42,362 nt of DNA from Candidatus Amesbacteria bacterium GW2011_GWB1_47_19 (GCA_001002325.1 LCNZ01000006.1:66130-108491), one strand, 5' to 3'. Shown: positions 25,885 to 34,581, counted from the stretch's first letter. Notes: generated by a model not told the origin, from the sequence alone. Made by a program: numbers and translations.

Positions 25885-27510
25885 ATGAACCGGTTGAAAC
25901 GACATTTGGATGTGCTAATTGCCGTGGGTTTGATACTGATGACTGCAATATGTGTCTTTACTTATTCTCTGAAAATCAGAAGACCTTACTATAATACTAT
26001 TTCCCTAAAGCACCATCAGTGGAATTTAGCCGTACCGATATTGTTCGTCAATAACTGGCTCAGAGAAAATCCTTTTAAGATTTATTTTGCGATGCTTTAT
26101 AACCCTGCGTCTGTAGAATTCACCAGCTTGCATTCCAGGGAACTATACGTATCTTATCCTGTCGGTGCAATTTTCCCTATTTATCTTTTTAGTCTGCTGC
26201 TGCGGCAGGAACCTACTATACCAATAATCATGACTATTGCTTTGATAAATCACTATTTCACTGCGTTATTTTTGGGGCTGTTTGTATTTGTATTATTAAA
26301 GAAACTCCGATTGAGCACTTTTGCAGCATTTGTTTTCAGTCTTATTCCCATTCTTCTAGAATTGTTGTTACCTTCTCCTCTCTACTATTTTCAACAGGCT
26401 TATTTCACCGACCAGGCTGTTTTACTCCCGTTAGTTTTGTTCATTTTTCTGGAATTATGGCTTGATTTTTATGAAAACAAAAAAATCCGATTTGCGGTGA
26501 GTACTCTTCAGGTGATTGTAATATTTTACGGAGTTTTAACTGACTGGTTGTTCCTTATTCTGCTGATCGCATTTTACATTAAAAGATTTATCACTAATTA
26601 TAGACACCGTCTAATAAAGCCGTTTATTCCCGGAACCCTTATTTTCTTTTTGCCTGCGATATTGGCTCTGGGGTTATATACCATTCAGATTTCATTTTTG
26701 GGGGAAATGTCACAATTATCGGAAAGGTTTTTGTCGCGAACCGGTATTTGGAATGACGGAGTAAATCCCCGGGCTTTCGCGTTTGCTATTAAATCCTATA
26801 TCCAGAATGGTTACGGAGAAACGGGTCTATGGCTGTTAATGATATCAGCGGTGATTATCTACCTGATTGGAATATTTATGTATATTGCGTATCGAAAAGG
26901 GAGGCTGAAAATAAATCGAAATACCGGGTTGCTATACATCTACAACTGTATGTTTATACTTGTCCCTCTTACCCAGATAGTATTTTTTAAAGTGCATTCC
27001 GCCAATCATGATTTCTCTGTTTTGAAATTTTCTCTGACCATTGCTATCGTCCCTTTTGTATTACTGCCCGTACTGATATCTTTATTGTTTAGACACACTA
27101 CCTTTCGTATTCTACCTTTGGTAATGCTGGCCGCCGCTATTTTGTATCTACGTGGTATATTTCCGCTATATAAAATATTTTTTCCACTGCCTGACCCGTC
27201 GATTCAAAACATCGGGGCAGCTGTGAGATCGTGTACTACATTTAACGATGTGGTCTTTTCTCCCCAGTTTGAGATAGGTCCGTATCCGCCGCAGATGCTG
27301 GCTTTTTCCCTGAAAAGAGTCTACAAAATCTATTCCCTGTCTGACATCAGAAATAAAATAAAATCCATTAGAGGCGATCATTCTATAGTAGTTATTTTTT
27401 TTTCGAACCCCGAAGGCCAGTATGACTACGTTGAAAAAATAGCCATAGAAAAAATCAGATGCGGTGAATATTTCCTGTACAGGTTGGATTCTAAGAAAAT
27501 TAACGGGTAA
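25885..27510 (+). CDS. large polytopic membrane protein, possibly a GT-C-type glycosyltransferase
   Basis: 541 aa, A+T-rich, with more than 10 hydrophobic helices and a short soluble C-terminus. Function is not determinable by eye. Confidence 0.7.
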   Translation: MNRLKRHLDVLIAVGLILMTAICVFTYSLKIRRPYYNTISLKHHQWNLAVPILFVNNWLRENPFKIYFAMLYNPASVEFTSLHSRELYVSYPVGAIFPIYLFSLLLRQEPTIPIIMTIALINHYFTALFLGLFVFVLLKKLRLSTFAAFVFSLIPILLELLLPSPLYYFQQAYFTDQAVLLPLVLFIFLELWLDFYENKKIRFAVSTLQVIVIFYGVLTDWLFLILLIAFYIKRFITNYRHRLIKPFIPGTLIFFLPAILALGLYTIQISFLGEMSQLSERFLSRTGIWNDGVNPRAFAFAIKSYIQNGYGETGLWLLMISAVIIYLIGIFMYIAYRKGRLKINRNTGLLYIYNCMFILVPLTQIVFFKVHSANHDFSVLKFSLTIAIVPFVLLPVLISLLFRHTTFRILPLVMLAAAILYLRGIFPLYKIFFPLPDPSIQNIGAAVRSCTTFNDVVFSPQFEIGPYPPQMLAFSLKRVYKIYSLSDIRNKIKSIRGDHSIVVIFFSNPEGQYDYVEKIAIEKIRCGEYFLYRLDSKKING

Positions 27511-27627
27511 ACGGAGCTCTTGTGAGGCTGGGAAACTATTTGTCGTGCAGAATTGCCAGAACTAAATTATTTGCTTCATCCAAAGAAACCAGATATTTGC
27601 TCTGCGGATTAAATTTAATGAGTTAAT

Positions 27628-27789
27628 GTAACTACTCAGCCTATTTGATTAAATATCACCATCTGTGACGAAAAAGGTCGAAATTGCGATTACTCGCCAT
27701 ATCTAGCCATCCCAAATGTGGCGAATTTGAGCCAAAAGAGACCTATGCCACCACCTGTGGTGCTTTCTGAACCATGCCTGAGTAGTTAC
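27628..27789. mobile_element. MITE-like non-autonomous element (162 bp) with 12-bp perfect terminal inverted repeats and an 8-bp target-site duplication
   Basis: GAGTTAAT (27620..27627), GTAACTACTCAG (27628..27639), the element interior, CTGAGTAGTTAC (27778..27789), GAGTTAAT (27790..27797). There is no ORF inside. Confidence 0.65.
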
Positions 27790-27824
27790 GAGTTAATTTT
27801 CTTTTTTTCAGGAATATGTTTCTC

Positions 27825-28091
27825 CTATTGGCGCATTACCCAAAGCTCGGCAATCATAAACGAAGAAATACTGACTTTCGCAGAAATATCTATTTCTGAT
27901 AATTCCGGGGGGTTATTTCGCATAATTTCCGCCAAAGGTTCAATATTTTTAAGAAAATTCGGGACAATACCCACTTCAATAGCACCCGCTTTGATGGCTA
28001 AATTTGTCGACAGCAGGTCAGCAGTGTGGGTTAAAGCCAGAATTCCGATGTTAAATAGGAAAGCCCTTCCATCCGGACTTTTTTTCTCCAT
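27825..28091 (-). CDS. small hypothetical protein (weak resemblance to DUF5658-type membrane proteins)
   Basis: Internal ATG (MEKKSPDG) located 40 nt after the upstream stop. It contains FLFNIGILALTHTADLLSTNLAIKAGAIE. The opposite-strand ORF 27718..28119 looks non-genic. Confidence 0.35.
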   Translation of the reverse strand: MEKKSPDGRAFLFNIGILALTHTADLLSTNLAIKAGAIEVGIVPNFLKNIEPLAEIMRNNPPELSEIDISAKVSISSFMIAELWVMRQ

Positions 28092-28131
28092 ATTCTGCCT
28101 GCAAGAGGTCCGTTTGTGAGGTTGAGCGGGT

Positions 28132-29088
28132 TTATTTTTCGGGGATCTGTAAGGCGGACGGGTCGATGTGCCAGTTCGGCACCTGATAGGCTGAAGGCCA
28201 GGCTCCGGGTGAATCCTGCGCATTAAAATATACCAGGGTTTTAACCGACGGAAAGGAAATCAGACCGGCGATTCCCCGGCGCAACCAGGCAGTTTGATAC
28301 GCCTTATCCCCGGTAACACCGACTTCCGCCAGAATAACCGGTTTTGAAAAATCTTTTATCCGGTTAAATTTTTCGGAAAATATTTCCTGAAATGAGAAAT
28401 CCCGGTGGTAGTTGTCCTGCTCATACCGGGGATAATGGTAGACAGACAAACCGATGTAGTCCGCGTATTCATGACCCGGCCAATATTTTTCCAGACCTTT
28501 ATCTCCGGCCGGAGACCAGACAAAAAAACCGTCTTTTATCAGAGGCCGGCAAAGGGATACAAACCGGCGATAGGCGCTGATATACATATCCGGCTGTGAG
28601 ACAGCCCAGGGATATCTACCCGTGACTCTTTCCATCTCATGGGCAAAACGGATTAGTACCGGACTGGCGGAGCTGTTGATCAGACTGCATATTCCGGTAA
28701 TCCGATTATCGTAAACACCTGCTGAGATATCCTCCATAAGGCCTGATTTTTTGTCCTCCTCAACCCAAGGTTCGATGGTGAGTAGAAGCCAGCGATTTTT
28801 GTTGTGCGTTTTATCTAAAAGAGTTTGTATTCCGGAATCATCAATTTTTCGCCAATCCAGAAAATAATGGTCGACGGCAATAAAATCGGAATCGGAAAAT
28901 TCTGCCTCCGGATCATAAACCCCGAAATTGACGGTGAGGAGGGATTTGGTTAGGGGGCGGCTATTCCAACTGAGACCAGACATGGCATCCTGACCCCTTA
29001 AAACCAGTGCGTACCAGCACAGAGTAATCAGACCAAACAGCAGGATAAGATAAATCCATCCGGCTCTAAGACTCTGAAGGGTTTTCAT
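28132..29088 (-). CDS. secreted or anchored glycoside hydrolase, GH26-like
   Basis: Signal anchor (WIYLILLFGLITLCWYALVL). IRFAHEMERVTGRYPW and ILAEVGV resemble the two catalytic-Glu contexts of GH26. The start at ATG 29088 overlaps the synthase gene end by 23 nt. Confidence 0.55.
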   Translation of the reverse strand: MKTLQSLRAGWIYLILLFGLITLCWYALVLRGQDAMSGLSWNSRPLTKSLLTVNFGVYDPEAEFSDSDFIAVDHYFLDWRKIDDSGIQTLLDKTHNKNRWLLLTIEPWVEEDKKSGLMEDISAGVYDNRITGICSLINSSASPVLIRFAHEMERVTGRYPWAVSQPDMYISAYRRFVSLCRPLIKDGFFVWSPAGDKGLEKYWPGHEYADYIGLSVYHYPRYEQDNYHRDFSFQEIFSEKFNRIKDFSKPVILAEVGVTGDKAYQTAWLRRGIAGLISFPSVKTLVYFNAQDSPGAWPSAYQVPNWHIDPSALQIPEK

Positions 29089-30646
29089 CGAAGTGCTTGT
29101 AGATAACAGCAATAATTAAGATGAGATACATAAAAGCGTTGATTATCGCAAAATAATAATAACCGTAGGAAGACCGGCTTTTGGCGCCTAATAAAACCAG
29201 AAAAGCAGAAGTTCCGCTGAGAATGAAGTAGGGTATAATAACCCGTAATGGCACGGGCGACGCAGACCGGCTGCCTTTGGGAGTAACCCGGAAATCGGAT
29301 TCAACCTGCCTGAGAACACTTAATACGGCCAAAATTGTTCCCCATAATACCCATGGCCACCGGGCAATTTGAAACAAAACTATTTCCCAACTGAATAAAG
29401 GGATCCGGACCGGACGGAGCCACCCCTGGTTTCTTATCCAGAATAGAATCAGAAATCCGCTCAGCGCAGGGGCAAGAGAATTAAGTACAAACTCCACATA
29501 ATTGATGTTTACCCATGGTTTGCCGGTAATAATGGCTTCCAACGGCAGAAGAAATGCCGACAGCATAACCCCGGAGAAAAGCGGATACCACAACTGGGCA
29601 AACAGAAATTCAAACTTTTTCTTGAGAGTAAGCCTGTTGAGTACTTTCGGAGTCAGGGTTAATAAAAGTATCACCAGGCTTCGGGACCACTGGAATTCCT
29701 GGGTCATGGCGTCCGAAAAAGTTGCCGGGCCGTCCCCGTGGGCAATGGCATCAACGGCGTGCACTCCGCTCCATCCGGCGGCGTTGAAAAGTAAAGAAGT
29801 AGAATGATCTTCCGCCAATTCAGGTCCCAGTCCGCCAATGTCTTTTAAAGCCCGGGTTCTGACTGTGTAATGAGAGCCGATACATAAGGGAGCCCAGCCG
29901 GCAGAGTATCCTGCCTGAAGCGACCCGTGCAAAGACGCTTCCGCATACAATCTGGCACGGGCGGCCCAGCTTTGGCGGGCATTGGCGTCGCAAATACTCG
30001 GGGCGGAGACATAACCCACAGCCGGGTTTACAAACGGGTGCAGCATTGCCTCCAAATATCCGGGGGCGGGGACATGGTCGGCATCCATCTGAACCACGAA
30101 ATCGTAGCGGTCGTAACCGTAATGATCATAAAAATAGGCTAAGTTGCCTTCTTTGCATTTCCGGCGCCGGGGCCAGTCATACCTCTGGTATTCGGGGTCA
30201 CCTTTGCGGGTGGAAATGGCTACATTATGGTTCCTGCACCAAATAATAACTTCGGGTGCCGGATCTTCATCTGCCAGCCAGGTATCGTGCGGGTATACCT
30301 GGGATAACATGGCAAGCAGGGTTTTTTTGACCACCGGAAATGGTTCCGACGGGGCTTTGGTTACCACCATGGCAACGGACCAGGAGTCCGGCAGGCGAAT
30401 TTCAGGATTTGCCCGTTTCATCCGACCAACAAAGTAAAAATAGTAACCGGGGATAACTAAAGTCCACCCGATTAACAAACTGTTTATGATATATCTGGCC
30501 CAGGTGATGACATGGTGGTAGGCAAACCACCAATGAAAGTAGAAGATTACTGATATTATCCACACACCGACAAGAATCCGGAAGATCCGGCGCTGGCGCG
30601 CGGACATCATATCTACCAGGAAAGGCCGCTGAATGGTCTTTTGCAT
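29066..30646 (-). CDS. processive family 2 glycosyltransferase (cellulose/chitin-synthase-like membrane-embedded beta-glycan synthase)
   Basis: 526 aa. TM helices flank a GT2 domain with QMDADH (DXD), ELAEDHSTS (TED-like) and QEFQWSRS (QXXRW). Confidence 0.8.
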   Translation of the reverse strand: MQKTIQRPFLVDMMSARQRRIFRILVGVWIISVIFYFHWWFAYHHVITWARYIINSLLIGWTLVIPGYYFYFVGRMKRANPEIRLPDSWSVAMVVTKAPSEPFPVVKKTLLAMLSQVYPHDTWLADEDPAPEVIIWCRNHNVAISTRKGDPEYQRYDWPRRRKCKEGNLAYFYDHYGYDRYDFVVQMDADHVPAPGYLEAMLHPFVNPAVGYVSAPSICDANARQSWAARARLYAEASLHGSLQAGYSAGWAPLCIGSHYTVRTRALKDIGGLGPELAEDHSTSLLFNAAGWSGVHAVDAIAHGDGPATFSDAMTQEFQWSRSLVILLLTLTPKVLNRLTLKKKFEFLFAQLWYPLFSGVMLSAFLLPLEAIITGKPWVNINYVEFVLNSLAPALSGFLILFWIRNQGWLRPVRIPLFSWEIVLFQIARWPWVLWGTILAVLSVLRQVESDFRVTPKGSRSASPVPLRVIIPYFILSGTSAFLVLLGAKSRSSYGYYYFAIINAFMYLILIIAVIYKHFDENPSES

Positions 30647-30727
30647 GAAGCCGGGATTATACAGGAATAATTCAAAGATGTTCTGTGAGATATTTACGTG
30701 ACAGACGGACCAAGAGGTGATCCGGGC

Positions 30728-30937
30728 TTAAATTGACTGCGGCAATATTGTATCCAGATCCCGGCCCAAACAAGCTTCAGATTCATATCTATCCCAAAAT
30801 ATCCCAAACTCGCTGTCCCGCTCCGGTTTTATACCCAATTCATTTTTCAGAATTTGTCATTTATTCGTCCCGCTGAAATCCAGCACCACCACCCCGCCGA
30901 TATCGAAATATGCAAACCTTATTTTGGTATTGGTCAT
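30728..30937 (-). pseudogene. HAD-hydrolase-like gene remnant
   Basis: It reads MTNTKIRFAYFDIGGVVVLDFSGTNK (HAD motif I-like FDIGGV), then an in-frame TGA (30859..30857). A further 42 codons (QILKNELGIKPERDSEFGIFWDRYE) run to TAA at 30730..30728. It is far too short for a complete HAD protein. Confidence 0.4.
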
Positions 30938-30956
30938 AAGAAGAAGTTGGCTTATT

Positions 30957-31238
30957 CTACCCGGCAATTCTATCCTTCACCAGCACTTTTCTGGGTTCAG
31001 CCCCCGAGGCCGGTCCAATTACTCCATTTGTTTGCAGCTCGTCCAGTATTCTTTCTGCTCTTATATTGTCGATCAACAATTTTCTCTGCAGGAAAATTGC
31101 CGAGGCCCGATTGTGTTTTACCACCAATTCCCGGGCTTTTTTGTAAAGCTCATCCATCCAAACTTTGTCTGTCTCAAGTCTCTTTAACCTCTGTTCCAGC
31201 TCATTAACTTTCTTTTCCAAAGTCTTCAGGTCTGCCAT
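30957..31238 (-). CDS. stand-alone FtsK-gamma (winged-helix, KOPS-reader-like) domain protein with an N-terminal coiled coil
   Basis: It reads MADLKTLEKKVNELEQRLKRLE, then ASAIFLQRKLLIDNIRAERILDELQTNGVIGPASGAEPRKVLV. The second part matches the FtsK gamma-domain pattern. Confidence 0.65.
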   Translation of the reverse strand: MADLKTLEKKVNELEQRLKRLETDKVWMDELYKKARELVVKHNRASAIFLQRKLLIDNIRAERILDELQTNGVIGPASGAEPRKVLVKDRIAG

Positions 31239-31478
31239 AGTCACAATTATACAATTCAAGGAGAATCCTTTCGTGGCTAATATATAGGGAAGTCAGGGGC
31301 GGGTGAGGGAGAGATTGAATTTAACCTGGATCTCAGGCATTCCGGAAATTTTGACCGTTTTCTATCAATTGATAATCCAAATCAGAAATATTGTCAAGAA
31401 AAAAATTGGCACACAAAAACTGGTAAGGAAATTTCGCAAATTCTGGGTGTTAGTCAGTGGGTTATAAGATATTACCGA

Positions 31479-31787
31479 ATGAACTTGAATATGTGGAAAA
31501 ACCATAAAGGAACAGCCAAATCTACTTTTCGAAAGAAAGCGTTGAAGTTGTATGGGTACGCATGTGAGTGTTGTGGAATTAAAATGTGCGAATGGCATCA
31601 TTTAATATCCAAATCTAAGGATCCCAAACATTGGATCATTTTGTGTCCCACGTGTCACTCCGTAATTACTAGAAGATTTATTAAGGTTAATTCACGAGAC
31701 GATATCCAAAGAAATCTTGTTCCCTTTATCAAGAAATTATATCAAGATTTGAGGTTTAATTTGGGTAATGACAGTGTTTATATTTAA
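31479..31787 (+). CDS. HNH endonuclease
   Basis: It has CECCG, EWHHLISKS and CPTCH (HNH with Cys pairs). The frame is open upstream to 31281 and encodes an HTH-like stretch (TGKEISQILGVSQWVIRYY). That stretch has no ATG, GTG or TTG. Confidence 0.7.
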   Translation: MNLNMWKNHKGTAKSTFRKKALKLYGYACECCGIKMCEWHHLISKSKDPKHWIILCPTCHSVITRRFIKVNSRDDIQRNLVPFIKKLYQDLRFNLGNDSVYI

Positions 31788-34533
31788 CTGGTGATCCGTC
31801 TGGTTTCCTTTTGCCGCACCAGCAGGGGTCGTTGCGGCCGAGGTTTTTTCTGGGATTTTCCTGGCCGCCTTTTTGGAGAGTAGAAAATGCGGACAGGAAT
31901 TCACGGGGGGGAGCATTTTTGGCGGAAGAAACGGGAGTAGCGACCTCGGGTTGGGCCAGATCCGCAACTGACATTTCAGGTTTGATCTCGATCATCTGCG
32001 GCGGGGGTTGAATCGGCGGTGGAGTACCAATCTGAATTCTGAATAAACGTTTGCCGAATTCGGAATCGATCTGGGTAACCAGCCTCTCAAACATGGCAAA
32101 AGCCTCGCCTTTGTATTCCACCAGGGGGTCGCGCTGGCCGTAACCTCTAAGACCGATACCGGAGCGCAGATCGTCCACAGCATCCAAATGATCCATCCAT
32201 AAAGTATCGATAGAAGTGAGATAAGCATATTTGATGATGTCCTCCCAGGTCTTGTCCCCTACCTGTTTTTTGCGCTTTGAAGCGGCATCTCCGATAATCT
32301 GACCGGTGAGTTTGATGATTTCACCGGCGGTACCGGAAGTTTTCATTTGTTTGGCCAATGCCTGCTGGGAAAAATCGTCGAAGGGCACGATTTCCACCAG
32401 ACTGGTAACTATGGGCAGGACTTCGGATTCCACAATTCCCCGGGGAGCGTAGATGTTGACGATCTTGGCCAGCTGGTTTTGAAGTTTGGTAATTACTTCT
32501 TCATCGGTAATTTCGTTTTTTAACACCCGGGATCGCAATCCGTAAATTATTTCGCGCTGCTTGTTCATGACGTCGTCGTAATCGACAACATGCTTTCTGG
32601 CGTCAAAATTGAATCCTTCTACTTTGATCTGGGCCTGCTCGATAGCTTTACTAACCATGCCATGCTCGATGGGTTCGTTTTCGGGAATTTTTAAGAATCC
32701 CATAATTTTGGCTACCTGGTCACCACCGAAAATACGCATAATTTCGTCGTCCAGAGCCAGGTAGAAGCGGGTGGAACCGGGGTCACCCTGACGGCCGGAG
32801 CGACCTCGCAGCTGATTGTCGATACGGCGGGATTCATGGCGTTCAGTACCGATGACATGCAAACCTCCCAGAGAGACAACTTCGTCGTGAAGATGCTGCC
32901 ATTTGGCCAGTTCTTTTTCATACTGTTTTTCCGTAAGTTTGTCTTTGCCCAGAACGAACTTGGGGTTGGGGGGGGGTGTGCCTCCGAGAATAATGTCTAC
33001 TCCCCGACCGGCAATGTTGGTGGCGATGGTGACGGCCCCCTTGCGCCCGGCTTCGGAGATAATGGTAGCTTCCTGTTCGTGATTTTTGGCATTTAACAGC
33101 TGGTGAGGGACTCCTTTGTGTTTTAACAGTTCGGCTACGATTTCATTTTTTTCAATAGAGGTCGTACCCACAAGAACCGGCTGACCCCGGCGGTGACAAT
33201 CCGCCAGTTCCTCCGACAGCGCGGTGTATTTGGCCCGGGTGGTTTTGTAAACGATATCGGGATTGTCGATCCGGATCATCGGCCGGTGGGTGGGGATGAC
33301 GACCACTTCCAGTTTGTAAATTTTATTCAATTCTTCGGCTTCGGTGGCAGCGGTACCGGTCATACCTGCCAGTTTGGTATACATCCGAAAATAATTCTGG
33401 AAAGAAATAGTGGCCAGAGTCCGGGATTCCTGCTGGATGGTAACGTTTTCCTTGGCTTCCACCGCCTGATGAATGCCTTCCGACCAGCGGCGTCCGGGCA
33501 TAAGCCGGCCAGTAAATTCGTCTACGATCACTACCTGGTTGTCGCGGATGATGTAATCTTTGTCTTTGAGAAAAAGGGTGCGGGCTTTGAGGGCGTTTTC
33601 CAGATGGTGGATGGTGTCGAAATCTTTTTCGTAAAGATTTTCCACCCCCAGAATTTTTTCCACTTTTTTGATACCGTGTTCCGTCAGATTGGCGGTGCGG
33701 TGCTTTTCGTCAATGATGTAGTCGGTATCACCGGAAAGACGGTTGACTAGGTTGGCAAATTCAAAATATTTCTGCGTGGGTTCGATATCCGGGGCGGAAA
33801 TAATCAGCGGCGTACGGGCTTCGTCGATGAGAATAGAGTCGACTTCGTCGACAATGGCAAAATGGTGTCCGCGCTGGGACATTTCTGCCAGATCCCCGAC
33901 CATGTTGTCGCGGAGGTAATCGAAACCGAATTCATTGTTGGTACCGTACGTAATGTCCGCAGCATACGCTTCGCGGCGGGAAACGGGACGCAAGTGGGCC
34001 AGGCGGTCATCACCGTGGGTGGAATCCAGATACACCGGGTCGTACATAAATGATTTCTCATGCATAATAATCCCGACTGACAGGCCTAAAAGATGAAAAG
34101 TGGGGCCGTTCCAACCGGCATCACGGCGGGCTAAATAGTCGTTGACGGTGACCAGGTGGGTACCATTACCGGTAAGAGCATTCAGATACATGGCCGGAAT
34201 GGCGGAGAGGGTTTTGCCTTCTCCTGTTTTTTGTTCCGCCACCTTACCCTCGTGGAAAGCAATGGCGGCCATGAGCTGGACATCGTATGGACGAAGGCCG
34301 ATAGCCTGTTGGGAGGCTTCGCGAACCAGAGCAAAAGCTTCGGGCAGAATATCGTCCAAAGTCTGACCGTCTGCCAGCCGTTTTTTCAGTTGAGCAGTGT
34401 AGGCTTTGAAGTCCTCGGGTTTTTTCAGTTTGGAAAACTTGTCCCCTACCGCATTAACGGTATCTACCCGGGTCTGCAACCTGATTATCTCTTTCCGGTT
34501 CAGATCAAAAAATTTGTTCAGGAATTTAAACAT
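31756..34533 (-). CDS. secA: preprotein translocase ATPase SecA
   Basis: 925 aa. The N-terminus is MFKFLNKFFD, with a Walker A context (QKTGEGKTL), DEVDSILIDEARTPLIIS and a C-terminal zinc motif (CWCGKRK, KHCH). Confidence 0.95.
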   Translation of the reverse strand: MFKFLNKFFDLNRKEIIRLQTRVDTVNAVGDKFSKLKKPEDFKAYTAQLKKRLADGQTLDDILPEAFALVREASQQAIGLRPYDVQLMAAIAFHEGKVAEQKTGEGKTLSAIPAMYLNALTGNGTHLVTVNDYLARRDAGWNGPTFHLLGLSVGIIMHEKSFMYDPVYLDSTHGDDRLAHLRPVSRREAYAADITYGTNNEFGFDYLRDNMVGDLAEMSQRGHHFAIVDEVDSILIDEARTPLIISAPDIEPTQKYFEFANLVNRLSGDTDYIIDEKHRTANLTEHGIKKVEKILGVENLYEKDFDTIHHLENALKARTLFLKDKDYIIRDNQVVIVDEFTGRLMPGRRWSEGIHQAVEAKENVTIQQESRTLATISFQNYFRMYTKLAGMTGTAATEAEELNKIYKLEVVVIPTHRPMIRIDNPDIVYKTTRAKYTALSEELADCHRRGQPVLVGTTSIEKNEIVAELLKHKGVPHQLLNAKNHEQEATIISEAGRKGAVTIATNIAGRGVDIILGGTPPPNPKFVLGKDKLTEKQYEKELAKWQHLHDEVVSLGGLHVIGTERHESRRIDNQLRGRSGRQGDPGSTRFYLALDDEIMRIFGGDQVAKIMGFLKIPENEPIEHGMVSKAIEQAQIKVEGFNFDARKHVVDYDDVMNKQREIIYGLRSRVLKNEITDEEVITKLQNQLAKIVNIYAPRGIVESEVLPIVTSLVEIVPFDDFSQQALAKQMKTSGTAGEIIKLTGQIIGDAASKRKKQVGDKTWEDIIKYAYLTSIDTLWMDHLDAVDDLRSGIGLRGYGQRDPLVEYKGEAFAMFERLVTQIDSEFGKRLFRIQIGTPPPIQPPPQMIEIKPEMSVADLAQPEVATPVSSAKNAPPREFLSAFSTLQKGGQENPRKNLGRNDPCWCGKRKPDGSPVKYKHCHYPN

Positions 34534-34581
34534 AAGTCAGCGACTAGTGACTAGGGGCTAGCGTCTAGGAATTATAGCTTT

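Noticed and set aside
27718-28119. A plus-strand 133-aa ORF in the spacer between the GT-C-like gene and the GH26-like gene.
   Set aside because: It spans the MITE-like element and its target-site duplication. Its translation has no features. It also overlaps a somewhat more plausible minus-strand small ORF.
5960-28120. The short motif YTTGTGAGGYT at 24163, 27519 and 28107 (plus strand) and about 25300 (minus strand). A variant, CTTTTGAGGTT, occurs at 5968.
   Set aside because: It is only 8-10 nt long, occurs a few times against about one expected by chance, and has inconsistent position and orientation relative to genes. That is not enough to call a site.
30857-30859. Possible alternative genetic code, with TGA read as a sense codon, suggested by the in-frame TGA in the HAD-like remnant.
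   Set aside because: TGA clearly terminates well-supported genes here (the NOX-like gene at 4574..4576 and the radical SAM gene at 22056..22058). Long genes contain no internal TGA.
30854-31207. Plus-strand ORFs 30854..31207 and 30924..31187.
   Set aside because: They are antisense to the FtsK-gamma gene and the HAD-like remnant, both of which have recognisable motifs.
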